Under the pieces are notes generated by a model that worked only from the letters and a program-made list of their open reading frames with translations, did no database searches and had not been told where the DNA came from. From positions 103,623 through 167,622 of the forward strand of contig CAXXFV010000026.1 of assembly GCA_963674595.2 (NCBI GenBank): a stretch of 64,000 bases of DNA, written 5' to 3'. The stretch's first letter is position 1. Every line of letters begins with the position of its first letter. The position numbers and the translations under genes are program-made. This DNA comes from a bacterium (GTDB lineage Bacteria; Zhuqueibacterota; Zhuqueibacteria; Residuimicrobiales; Krinioviventaceae). Shown piece by piece: positions 10,046-19,146 of the stretch.

Positions 10046-12001
10046 CTATCTTATTAACATCAGTTTTATTGTCTGTGTGCAAGTCCCGGCTTGAATGTGG
10101 CACATATAAACGCCGCTTGTCATTAAATTGCCGTTCTCATCTTTTCCATTCCATTGTACTTTATGTAGTCCTTCCTGATGGATTTTGTCTTCAAGCACCT
10201 TTATTTGCTGACCAAGCATATTGTAAATTGAAATTCTGACTTGCACGGATTTAGGCAACGCATAACTAATTGTAGTGGCCGGATTAAACGGGTTGGGATA
10301 GTTTTGTTCAAGCGAAAATTCTCTGATTATATTATCCTCTGTTTCAACGGACACAACCGGTTCACCGACAATAATCGTGTGTGGGTCCGACCAATCTGTT
10401 TCAACGGCGCTCTCGTTTTTTGCCATAACCCTGATATCAAAATACCCTTCTGTTGCATAGGCATGCGAAAACTCGAATGTAGAGGCATTTGCATTTAATT
10501 CAACATAATCAGATATTGTTCCGTCGCCCCAGTCAATTTTCATTTGCACTTGTTTCTGAGTGTTGTCTGTCGCTGTTGCCTGGACCGTTACCACCTGGCC
10601 GACCTCTGCCGAATCTGACGGTTCACACCAGCAAATTGCCGCTGCATTGGGGTCCGCACCGCAGGTCCCATCCCAGCGAATATCTTCACAATTCATGGAA
10701 GGGAGATTGTCTGCCAGTTCCTGCATTTTGGTTCCACTGATAATTCCCGGATTTTCGTTCAAATATAAAAGCTTTAATTTATCCAAATGATACAATCCTG
10801 GTAAATCTTCATGGTCAAGCAGATTACCGTCAATCCCCAGATTTTGCAAATTAACCAGGTTTTGTAAATGATTGACGTCTTTTAAATGAAGGTTGGCAGA
10901 CCAAAAACTTGTTAATTCTGTCAAATTGGCAACTGGTGATATATCCTGAATAGGATTATTAGTAAGGGCCAGAGTTTTTAAATTACTCAAATTTTGAACG
11001 GCCGTAATATCCCTGACTTTGTTATTATCTATTTGAAGACCAATGAGATGGGTTAAATTTTGTACGGGAGTAATATCTTTTATTTGATTGTTCCTTATTG
11101 TCAGGTATTCCAAATCTGTCATGTTTTGTGTGGCAGAAATATCGGTTATTTGATTTTCAGAAAGAATAAGCTGATATATTCCCGTCAGGTTTTGCAAGGG
11201 AGAAATATCGCTTATCTGGTTATATGACAATTTTATATTTTCCAGGCCGGGTATATTTTGCAGCGGCGTTATATCGCTTATCTGGTTTGATGATGCAAAA
11301 AGCAGCTTTAGTTGATTTAAATTTTGTAATGGAGATAAATCACTGATGGTAGTACGTTCAATATAAAGTGCTGTTAAACTGGATATATTTTGCACGATAG
11401 AAAGGTCACTTAGATCTATACCGTTAATCATCAGCGTTAGCAAGTTGGGTAGATTTTGTATGCCCGTAAAATCGGTGATTGGATTCCTGTCAAGGTAAAG
11501 ATATTGCAAATTTACAAGATTTTGCAGTGCGGTCAGGCTGGTGATTTGATTTTGTATCAGGCTGATATTAGACAGGTTGGTTAAATTTTGCAGCGGTGTT
11601 ATATCAACAATATTATTTTTATAAAGCTCCAGGCGGGTCAGGCTGGTCAATCCTTGCAAAGGAGTCAGGTCAACTATCAGATTATTGTTAAGGTAAAGTT
11701 TTGTCAGATTTACGGCATATTCCAGGCCCGTTAAATCTGATATGCTGTCATCTTCGGCTGTAAAAGATGTTAATGTTTCCATGTCCGTATCGTAAATATC
11801 GCCGCTCGGTTTTGCCAGCGTTTCCCGGACAGCCTGTTCCAGATGGGAATCATTAAAAACCACAACAATCCCATCATTCACTGAATTTTTTACGGCATGT
11901 TTGTTATAAGGATCTGAAAAACCATTTGCTGTTTGCGCGGATACCATAGTGATCAAAAATAAAGGAATTAAACAGGCGATTAATAGTCTTAATGCTTTCA
12001 T
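10046..12001 (-). CDS. Internalin-like leucine-rich-repeat protein with PKD-like and FlgD-Ig/T9SS-type C-terminal domains
   Basis: Signal peptide, cap 'FNDSHLEQAVRETL', many 22-aa LRRs (NQISDISPLQNLT), PKD 'IDWGDGT..FSHAY', CTD 'QNYPNPFNPATTISY'. Confidence 0.92.
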   Translation of the reverse strand: MKALRLLIACLIPLFLITMVSAQTANGFSDPYNKHAVKNSVNDGIVVVFNDSHLEQAVRETLAKPSGDIYDTDMETLTSFTAEDDSISDLTGLEYAVNLTKLYLNNNLIVDLTPLQGLTSLTRLELYKNNIVDITPLQNLTNLSNISLIQNQITSLTALQNLVNLQYLYLDRNPITDFTGIQNLPNLLTLMINGIDLSDLSIVQNISSLTALYIERTTISDLSPLQNLNQLKLLFASSNQISDITPLQNIPGLENIKLSYNQISDISPLQNLTGIYQLILSENQITDISATQNMTDLEYLTIRNNQIKDITPVQNLTHLIGLQIDNNKVRDITAVQNLSNLKTLALTNNPIQDISPVANLTELTSFWSANLHLKDVNHLQNLVNLQNLGIDGNLLDHEDLPGLYHLDKLKLLYLNENPGIISGTKMQELADNLPSMNCEDIRWDGTCGADPNAAAICWCEPSDSAEVGQVVTVQATATDNTQKQVQMKIDWGDGTISDYVELNANASTFEFSHAYATEGYFDIRVMAKNESAVETDWSDPHTIIVGEPVVSVETEDNIIREFSLEQNYPNPFNPATTISYALPKSVQVRISIYNMLGQQIKVLEDKIHQEGLHKVQWNGKDENGNLMTSGVYMCHIQAGTCTQTIKLMLIR

Positions 12002-12046
12002 TATTTAATCTCTCCTTATTTTATTACCAGACGATATAAATTTGCA

Positions 12047-12448
12047 TTAATCTCTAAATATTAAACCATCAAATGTAGAAAATTGAATTTTTTCATTTTG
12101 AGGTTCAAACCTGATACAAACGGTAAGAGTATCGTTGAGATAGAATGCGTATTTTTTCTGCAAATTATAATTAAATATTTCAATCTGCAGGGTATAGTTT
12201 CCTTGTGGATAGACTTTAGGGCCACTGCCCCATGCCGCGCTGATGGTATAATTTGTAGAGACACGTTTTTGAACAAGCAAGTCATTGTTTATCTCTATTC
12301 TTACGGAATCGTTTTTGAATGCCGATTCCAAATCAACAGCCAAAACAGCGTTTTTAATAATTTCAGGCTCTGTTGATTTTGTGCAGTTGAATATGAGAAC
12401 CGAAATTATGGCAAAAACCAGAATAAAAACCAGAAATTTTGATTTCAT
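12047..12448 (-). CDS. Hypothetical lipoprotein
   Basis: Hydrophobic N-terminus ending in 'IFNC' followed by TKSTEP. Confidence 0.65.
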   Translation of the reverse strand: MKSKFLVFILVFAIISVLIFNCTKSTEPEIIKNAVLAVDLESAFKNDSVRIEINNDLLVQKRVSTNYTISAAWGSGPKVYPQGNYTLQIEIFNYNLQKKYAFYLNDTLTVCIRFEPQNEKIQFSTFDGLIFRD

Positions 12449-12513
12449 AAAATTACCTGTATATAACGTTTTATTATTTCCAGGGTCCGGAATGAGGGAC
12501 CGGCCTGTGAATT

Positions 12514-12918
12514 TTAGCCCGGCTTTTCATCATTCAATGGTGTTTTTCTTGGTTTCATGAGTGCGAGTACACCATATATCAGGGCAAACAGTCCGAACAG
12601 TATGACCATAGACCACCCGCGTGAATTGGCGCCGGCGTATTGGCCGCGAACGGCCATAACACAACACAGCGCGTTCGTGATGAACAGGGACAGCGATATT
12701 TTCCACTGTAAATTGTGGTCGCTTGTATCTCTGAAAAGCCAAATGAGCAGACCCAGTCCCAGAAGCGTGGCTCCCCAGAACTGATAAACCACCAGTCCCA
12801 TAGGGGGTAAACTGACATCATAATGTGCTAAAAGCTGGTCCGGCATGACCATACAGGCAATTCCGGACACGGCGGCCAGTACGGCATTTATGGTTAATAA
12901 AACTTTAAACTTTATCAT
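12514..12918 (-). CDS. Small 4-TM membrane protein
   Basis: AGGAGA RBS before ATG 12918; four hydrophobic segments. Confidence 0.7.
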   Translation of the reverse strand: MIKFKVLLTINAVLAAVSGIACMVMPDQLLAHYDVSLPPMGLVVYQFWGATLLGLGLLIWLFRDTSDHNLQWKISLSLFITNALCCVMAVRGQYAGANSRGWSMVILFGLFALIYGVLALMKPRKTPLNDEKPG

Positions 12919-13019
12919 AACTCTCCTGAAATTCAAAATCTTCGGTTTTTGGAGTAGAGTCTTTAGGGGCTGTTTTATGGCACTATTTAATTTTTTCTAT
13001 TTATCTCTGAATGGTACGC

Positions 13020-13178
13020 GATATTACCGTACTCTTTGCTACCCGTTTTAATATCCTGATTGAAAATCCGCAGGACTGCCAGAACCTTGTATGCTCGACC
13101 AAATAATTTTTAAAAACAGTCCTTTACGGCTGATAATGAATTATACAAATTCTGTGATATTGGCGCAAGGGGTTTTTG
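13020..13178 (-). promoter_or_regulatory. Dispersed promoter-leader element, copy 2
   Basis: TTGCGC (13168-13163), 17 bp, TATAAT (13145-13140), then 'TTATCAGCCGTAAAGGACTGTTTTT..ATTTGGTCG..AAAACGGG..AGTAC'. Confidence 0.8.
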
Positions 13179-13519
13179 ATATAAATATTTAAATCCCCGA
13201 GGAGTTGTTTTTTGTTTGCAGTTGCTAGTGCAGCATCATTAAAATGGCTGGTCTACTGATTATCATTAAAAGAGTTCGATATTAAAAAACCAGACTACAC
13301 GTTTCAAATATCGCAAGTGCCGTTTGAATTAACAGGCCCTATTATTTGAAATAACAAACCTGCTTTTGGTATTTATTCTTTTTCGGACTCGACATCTTTT
13401 ATTTGTTAGAGGCATTTTCTACCCGACTGAAAGCCCAGTTGCAGGATGGACCATTTTGGCCCATCATTTAATTGATATAAAAATCTGTGGTGTTTGTCTG
13501 TACACATCTTTTCGTGTTA

Positions 13520-13555
13520 TTTTTTTGCCGGGTTCGCTTACTGAACCCGGCAAAA
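13520..13555 (-). terminator. Intrinsic terminator of the outer-membrane protein gene
   Basis: TTTTGCCGGGTTC-loop-GAACCCGGCAAAA immediately after the stop at 13558; could act on either strand. Confidence 0.75.
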
Positions 13556-13557
13556 GA

Positions 13558-14877
13558 TTAAATCCCGAACGAAAAATCAAAAGCATATTTTAAACCGGCA
13601 TAAGCAACCAGCGCAATACTGGTGTGATCGTAATTTTTATCGTTATATTCATGTTCCGTGGCCAGGTAACTAATTCTTGCGCCAGCATCAATCGAGATTG
13701 AATTTTTTCTGATGCCGAAACCGCCGGACACCCATTTAGAAAAAAGAGGATCGTCATCATCATCAGTCATGTCTTCTTTGCGCATTCCAGCACCCAAACG
13801 CAGCAACAGGCGGGAACCCATTTCCAACCCAACACGATAGGCGTATCCGTTTTCGATGTCAGAATAATCACCGTATTCATCTCCGTCAATTTCAATATTT
13901 TCCCAGGGCAAATTGTCAATCTGGCCTGAGATGAGTATGTTTTGGTTTGGTTGGTAGGCCAAACCCAAAGACCAGGTGGAAGGTACCTTGATTTTTGTAT
14001 CGTCCAACTCGTACTCGTAACGTTTTTCACCATTAAAAGTATTAGTGTATTCTGCATCTTTTACTTTTATTTGGTGACCAAACATGTATGAGAGCCCAAG
14101 TGATAGCTTTGGGGTTACTTTCATTATTCCACCCAACTGGAGGAATGAACCGCCGGAGATATCAGCTTCAAGCTCGTTTTCATAATTGTCTTTTTCAAAA
14201 CCCGAACTTCCTGTCCCCCCTGTATCTCCTGATCCAGAGGATCCGCCATCAGAAGTTGGAGTTTTAAGATAACCCTCTTCCAATGAACTAAACCCTTGCA
14301 AGAGTGGAATGTTGAGTGACGCACCGATTTGAAAACGATTATTTATTTCTGTTGCTGCTCCAAGGGATAAGGTAGAAATGATACCTTTTTGGGTTGTTGT
14401 TTCCTTTAATGTATTGCCTTCTTTATTTTCATATTCCTCAGTGGTTTTTATTTTGCCATCATGAACCGGTCGTAATCCGACCGCTGCAACCAGTGGGAGG
14501 TTTGAGTTGCTCATTTCAACCGGAAATGCAACGGTAAAATCACGGAATTTTCCAAAGAGGTCGAGGTTGTTGCTGTACGAGATATCATCGTATCGATCCT
14601 TGTAATAGTCAAATTCATACTCATTTTTGCCCGCCACGTTCATGCTGCCACTAATAATAAACTGAGCCCTTTTCAGGTTGATCAATCCGGCGGGATTTCC
14701 ATTCAACGCATCCACACCGGCATTTGTTGCCGTGTAAATACCGCCCATTGAGAATGCACGAGGCGTTCCAACTTGCGGGAAATCCATATCAATGTAGCTG
14801 AGAACAGTTTGTGAAAACAAAAGAGTGGTGCAAAATAAATTCAACAAAATGATGTTTAATATGAACTGTTTACGCAC
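13558..14877 (-). CDS. Outer-membrane beta-barrel protein, FadL/PorV-like
   Basis: Signal peptide; 'GTPRAFSMGG..DALNGNPAGL' N-terminal hatch motif of the FadL/OmpP1/PorV superfamily; amphipathic strands; aromatic C-terminus. GTG start with AAGGA RBS. Confidence 0.8.
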   Translation of the reverse strand: MRKQFILNIILLNLFCTTLLFSQTVLSYIDMDFPQVGTPRAFSMGGIYTATNAGVDALNGNPAGLINLKRAQFIISGSMNVAGKNEYEFDYYKDRYDDISYSNNLDLFGKFRDFTVAFPVEMSNSNLPLVAAVGLRPVHDGKIKTTEEYENKEGNTLKETTTQKGIISTLSLGAATEINNRFQIGASLNIPLLQGFSSLEEGYLKTPTSDGGSSGSGDTGGTGSSGFEKDNYENELEADISGGSFLQLGGIMKVTPKLSLGLSYMFGHQIKVKDAEYTNTFNGEKRYEYELDDTKIKVPSTWSLGLAYQPNQNILISGQIDNLPWENIEIDGDEYGDYSDIENGYAYRVGLEMGSRLLLRLGAGMRKEDMTDDDDDPLFSKWVSGGFGIRKNSISIDAGARISYLATEHEYNDKNYDHTSIALVAYAGLKYAFDFSFGI

Positions 14878-14997
14878 GAGTTTTTCCTTTCGGTTAGTTG
14901 AGTGTTTTTTTAGTTTATTTTAACAACAAACATTTTTTAACCTGCTTAAATCCATCAGCTTTGAAATGAATAAAATAAGTTCCGCTTGGATGGTTTT

Positions 14998-15110
14998 GTA
15001 GGTTGGGTCCATCTTTTTGGCCCCTACAATTACTCACCAAATTTATGTTCAACGATGCAATTCATAGTAATATTGTTTATCGCTGGGGCATAGATAATGC
15101 CCCAGCCTAC
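14998..15110. repeat. Inverted pair of GTAG-type REP palindromes (REPIN-like)
   Basis: GTAGGTTGGGTCCATCTTTTTGGCCCCTAC at 14998; GCTGGGGCATAGATAATGCCCCAGCCTAC ending 15110 reads GTAGGCTGGGGC.. on the reverse strand. Confidence 0.6.
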
Positions 15111-15132
15111 GACTATAATTTTTGTTTGCCAA

Positions 15133-16455
15133 TTATTTTTGGTAAATTAATTTTTTTACCTCTGAAAAGTCATTAGTTTGAATTTTATATATATAAACAC
15201 CACTCGCCAAATTCTTAGGTTGCCATGTTGCTTGATGCTCACCAGTTGTCTGTCGGCAATCGACCAATGTCTCAACAAATTGGCCGGCTATATTATAAAT
15301 TGATAGATTAACATACGTTGGTTTTTTGATATTATATTTGATAGTTGTGGATGGATTAAATGGGTTAGGGTAGTTATTAAAAAGTTGAAATGTCTGGGAA
15401 TAACAACCATCGTTTTGAATAAATGTCGTTGTGGGAAGCATTGGACCACCAAAAGCACCTATGTCATTCCTTGTACCGTCTTGGTCATTATATTCGGGTG
15501 CCGGATCACCTGCATCAATACACGGGGAACTCTCTTGCAGATGATAATCGCCATGTTCAAAAGGGTATGGTGTTACATCGTTAGTAAATAACGGATCTTT
15601 AGATATATCATTCTCACCTGTATCAGTGTTTTCGTAATTGTTTACATTACCATAATCGTCACTATTATCAAATACATTATTATATGATATGTCAAGGATT
15701 GATCCATTTACGCTTTCTATTCCACAACCATAAACACCTGGCCATGCTGCCCCCCATTTAAAATCATTATTTGATATAATATTATTTTTTATGGTGCAAG
15801 ATGAACTGTCTACTAATAATCCCCAACCTGAACCATAGATGGCTCCATTTTCCCCATCATTGTGACTAATAGTATTGTTGATTATTGAAACGTTTTCCGA
15901 AGAAAGTATTTTTACACCACAACCACCACCGCCATCTAAATAAGCACAATTATGGATAATTAAATTATTTTTAAGTATCACATTATTTGATTCCGAAATG
16001 GATACTCCAAAGCCGGTAGGATGTTCATAATCACTACCAAAATTATCACGAATGAAACAGTTCTCAATTGTTACATTCTCAGAATTATATGTATTTATGC
16101 CTACATTATAACGTTCAATTATAAAACCATGAATAACAACTGAATTTGCACTCATTATATGAATACCAACTCCACCTACTGTTTGACTATTTATCCATTC
16201 CTGGGAAATTAAAACGGTATAGTCAGAACTTATCGATACGATACTTATTGATTTGTCAATTTCCAGATTTTCTGAATATTCGCCCCCGGCAACTTCGATA
16301 ATATCCCCTTGTTCTGACGCATCAATGGCAAGTTGAATTCTTGAATAATCTTGTGGTACTTTAATAACATTTCCTGTTACAGTAGCAGTCTTGAACATTA
16401 TTATTAATGCTAAAACTAAAGTTAATTTGTAGTGTGATAAAAAATTTCTTTCCAA
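15133..16455 (-). CDS. Right-handed parallel beta-helix (NosD/pectin-lyase-like) protein with T9SS-type CTD
   Basis: 'VPQDYSRIQLAID..GDIIEVAGGEYSENL', repeated 'I.NN.I..N', 'DYHLQESSPCIDAGDP..DIGAFGG', CTD 'NNYPNPFNPSTTIKY'; TTG start with AGGAGG RBS. Confidence 0.88.
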   Translation of the reverse strand: MERNFLSHYKLTLVLALIIMFKTATVTGNVIKVPQDYSRIQLAIDASEQGDIIEVAGGEYSENLEIDKSISIVSISSDYTVLISQEWINSQTVGGVGIHIMSANSVVIHGFIIERYNVGINTYNSENVTIENCFIRDNFGSDYEHPTGFGVSISESNNVILKNNLIIHNCAYLDGGGGCGVKILSSENVSIINNTISHNDGENGAIYGSGWGLLVDSSSCTIKNNIISNNDFKWGAAWPGVYGCGIESVNGSILDISYNNVFDNSDDYGNVNNYENTDTGENDISKDPLFTNDVTPYPFEHGDYHLQESSPCIDAGDPAPEYNDQDGTRNDIGAFGGPMLPTTTFIQNDGCYSQTFQLFNNYPNPFNPSTTIKYNIKKPTYVNLSIYNIAGQFVETLVDCRQTTGEHQATWQPKNLASGVYIYKIQTNDFSEVKKLIYQK

Positions 16456-16542
16456 CTTTCGCCTCCTTTACATTGCACTAATTTTAATTAATAAAAATAT
16501 TGATATATTATACATTTTTTTTCCTAGATTGATACTAATAGC

Positions 16543-16672
16543 GGCTAACGGCTCGTTTCACCGGCCTTGCAAACATGCCCATCGTCCATTGGATGCCAGA
16601 GTTACATTTCGGCTAAAACTTGATATTTTACCGTTCTTTAGCTCAGCGGTCGCTTGAAACTCAAGCCTTAAG
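16543..16672 (-). other. Possible decayed integron attC site
   Basis: Minus strand CTTAAGGCTTGAGTTTCAAGCGACCGC ... GGCCGGTGAAACGAGCCGTTAGCC: an imperfect ~130-bp inverted repeat ending in a GTTAGCC core; the inverse core is degraded. Confidence 0.4.
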
Positions 16673-16815
16673 AGAAACCGAAACACAAATCAAGACATAT
16701 CGTTCCGGTGAAAGCAGGAATCCAGAAATTTTAGGGAACGCCTTTGCGACCTCTGCAGCTCTAAAACTAATTTTTTGCTCGCAATTGAAACACTCAAGGC
16801 GGTTAAAAAGTCAAT

Positions 16816-18948
16816 TTACTTGAGCAAGATCATTTTTTTGATCACATTCATACCACCTCCTTCCAGACGATAGAAATAAGTTCCTGAAGGTAAATTCGAA
16901 GCGTCAAACAAAACTTGATGTGTACCAGCTTGACAGTCATCGTCTAACAATACGGCAACCTTTTGTCCACTAATATTGTAAACCTTGAGGTTGTAATGAT
17001 CGTCTTTTGCCGCCCGGAATGTGATTGTCGTTTCCGGATTGAAGGGATTAGGATAATTTTGTTGTAATTTAAATTCGTTTAAAACGTTTGATGTTGTATT
17101 ATTAACCGCTGATTGGCCTTCAACAATTATATAGTTTTGTTTTATCATTATATCAGAGCCACCTATTCCATTTACAGTTAAAGTTACAGAATAAGTACCC
17201 GGAGTTGAATAAATATGAACCGGATTTTTCTCAGTACTTGTTGAATCATCTCCAAAATTCCACAATCTTTCAGAAACAGAAGCTTTGGAACTATCGAAAA
17301 ATTGCACGACCAGAGGAACGGTCCCTGTGGTTGAATCTGCCAAAAAATTAGCTGAGGGAGGAAGCGGTTCCGGAATGACTGTGGCGGCACAACTGGTGTT
17401 CCGGGAATCATGGCCATCGCAGGGCCACGGGGTATTTGCAAGACCGCCTGATTCGGTCTGATAAGTGTATATTACTTTATCATCATAACAATAAAGATAT
17501 ATACGCCCATCGTTTGACATCTTGATGGCATTCATTCTACCGGGCACGGGAATTGATTTTTGTAGTACGCCATTTGGTTGAATAGCATACAATACATTTT
17601 CATTGGTTGTGATGTAAATTGTACTATCTGCACCGACTAATGGGGCCAATCGAATCCAATCTTTTTCATTATTAACTAATTCTAAATCGTATGACCATAT
17701 TTCATTTCCATCAGTCTGATTTACAGCAGATAATTCTGATTTAGAATAATTTGACATGTTTTGTCCTGAAGCGATATAAATGCTACCACCTGGTCCAATA
17801 ATTTGATGATGTGGATCCAAAAAATTATTGTTCGTTTCGAAATCAATATTTCCATTTGAATTAAGTGAATACAGAGAACACCATTGCAAATAAGTACTTC
17901 CACTATGGTTGCCCAGATGAAACACATTATCATTTTCACCAATGATAATGGGACCGAGAACGGATTTATATTCAACTTCCTTGATCCATTTTAATGTACC
18001 GTCTGGTTTATAAACATTGATTTTACCATGCATGTTGTAATGACTAAAGAAATAAATATTGCCATTGCCGTCAATGCTTATTTTGGTGTCGACGTCTATA
18101 AATTCAACAGGCGTTTTCCAATTGAGTGTTCCATCCTGTTGAAAAGAGTAAAGAGAATCAGATCCGAGATAGGAGTGATCTATACCGACGATTACAGAGC
18201 CGTCCAGACCTATGGAAGGCGGTTGATAATTAAACTCATAATATTCATCGAATTTGTATTGCCAGTTTAATTCACCCTGGGGAGAAATTGAAAAAAGAAC
18301 AGCTTTGTCAGTTTTTCTAACAAAATAAACAAAACCGTCTGAATCAACTGCCATACGAGATATGTTAGAGTTTAGATCAGACAAGTCATAAATCCATTTG
18401 ACAGTACCCGTCCTATCTAGGGCAAATAATTTGTAATTTTTATAATAAGTGCTTGGAATTCCGATTGTTAAACAATAGATAACATTTCGTTCATCATCAA
18501 TAGCGATATCACGAATAGAAATTTTATTGTCATTATATTCATCGTAATCATTTAAATTAAAAAATGATATTGTTTCATACGATCCCACTATAATTTTATA
18601 TGTAGTAGTTGTTGTATACGTTTTTCTCAGTGTAACCCCTTTTGCCGTTCTGGTAACCTTGATGGCGGTTCCCAAAGGTGTATCTTGAGAAATAATAATT
18701 TCTATACCCAGTTTAACAGCCCCGTCAATCAGGCCGCTTGCGTCACTAAAAGCTGTAACTTTTGCATATTCAGGATGACTGTTTTCAATGGTAAATTCTA
18801 TACCCCCGATGAATGGACAATTGCCGCCACATGAAAGTGAGCCGTCAATTTGATAAATCGCATCGCCTGGTTGTACAGAAAAATTGAGTGAATATAAATG
18901 TGACGAAATAGCAAAGAAGAAAATAATAAATAGCGTGAGTTTTTTCAT
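16816..18948 (-). CDS. PQQ-like beta-propeller protein with PKD domain and T9SS-type CTD
   Basis: Repeats 'PDGTLKW', 'QDGTLNW', 'PQGELNW'; 'PWPCDGHDSRNT'; PKD 'PLVVQFFDSS..WNFGDDSTSTEKNPVHIY'; CTD 'QNYPNPFNPETTITF'. ATG 18948 gives a signal peptide. Confidence 0.88.
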   Translation of the reverse strand: MKKLTLFIIFFFAISSHLYSLNFSVQPGDAIYQIDGSLSCGGNCPFIGGIEFTIENSHPEYAKVTAFSDASGLIDGAVKLGIEIIISQDTPLGTAIKVTRTAKGVTLRKTYTTTTTYKIIVGSYETISFFNLNDYDEYNDNKISIRDIAIDDERNVIYCLTIGIPSTYYKNYKLFALDRTGTVKWIYDLSDLNSNISRMAVDSDGFVYFVRKTDKAVLFSISPQGELNWQYKFDEYYEFNYQPPSIGLDGSVIVGIDHSYLGSDSLYSFQQDGTLNWKTPVEFIDVDTKISIDGNGNIYFFSHYNMHGKINVYKPDGTLKWIKEVEYKSVLGPIIIGENDNVFHLGNHSGSTYLQWCSLYSLNSNGNIDFETNNNFLDPHHQIIGPGGSIYIASGQNMSNYSKSELSAVNQTDGNEIWSYDLELVNNEKDWIRLAPLVGADSTIYITTNENVLYAIQPNGVLQKSIPVPGRMNAIKMSNDGRIYLYCYDDKVIYTYQTESGGLANTPWPCDGHDSRNTSCAATVIPEPLPPSANFLADSTTGTVPLVVQFFDSSKASVSERLWNFGDDSTSTEKNPVHIYSTPGTYSVTLTVNGIGGSDIMIKQNYIIVEGQSAVNNTTSNVLNEFKLQQNYPNPFNPETTITFRAAKDDHYNLKVYNISGQKVAVLLDDDCQAGTHQVLFDASNLPSGTYFYRLEGGGMNVIKKMILLK

Positions 18949-19146
18949 TACCTGGCCTTTCTGTTTAACATAAATCGAAATATTAACTCTTGATACATGC
19001 TGCAAAATGAATATTAATGGCTAAACTCTATCGTAAGGGTGGGGAGACAAGTGCCCGCATTCTGATAATTATGTTTTGGAATTCCACCTCTAATGCGGTT
19101 TATGGCGGATCGATAAATCGATCCACTATAAACTTTTATCAACCAA

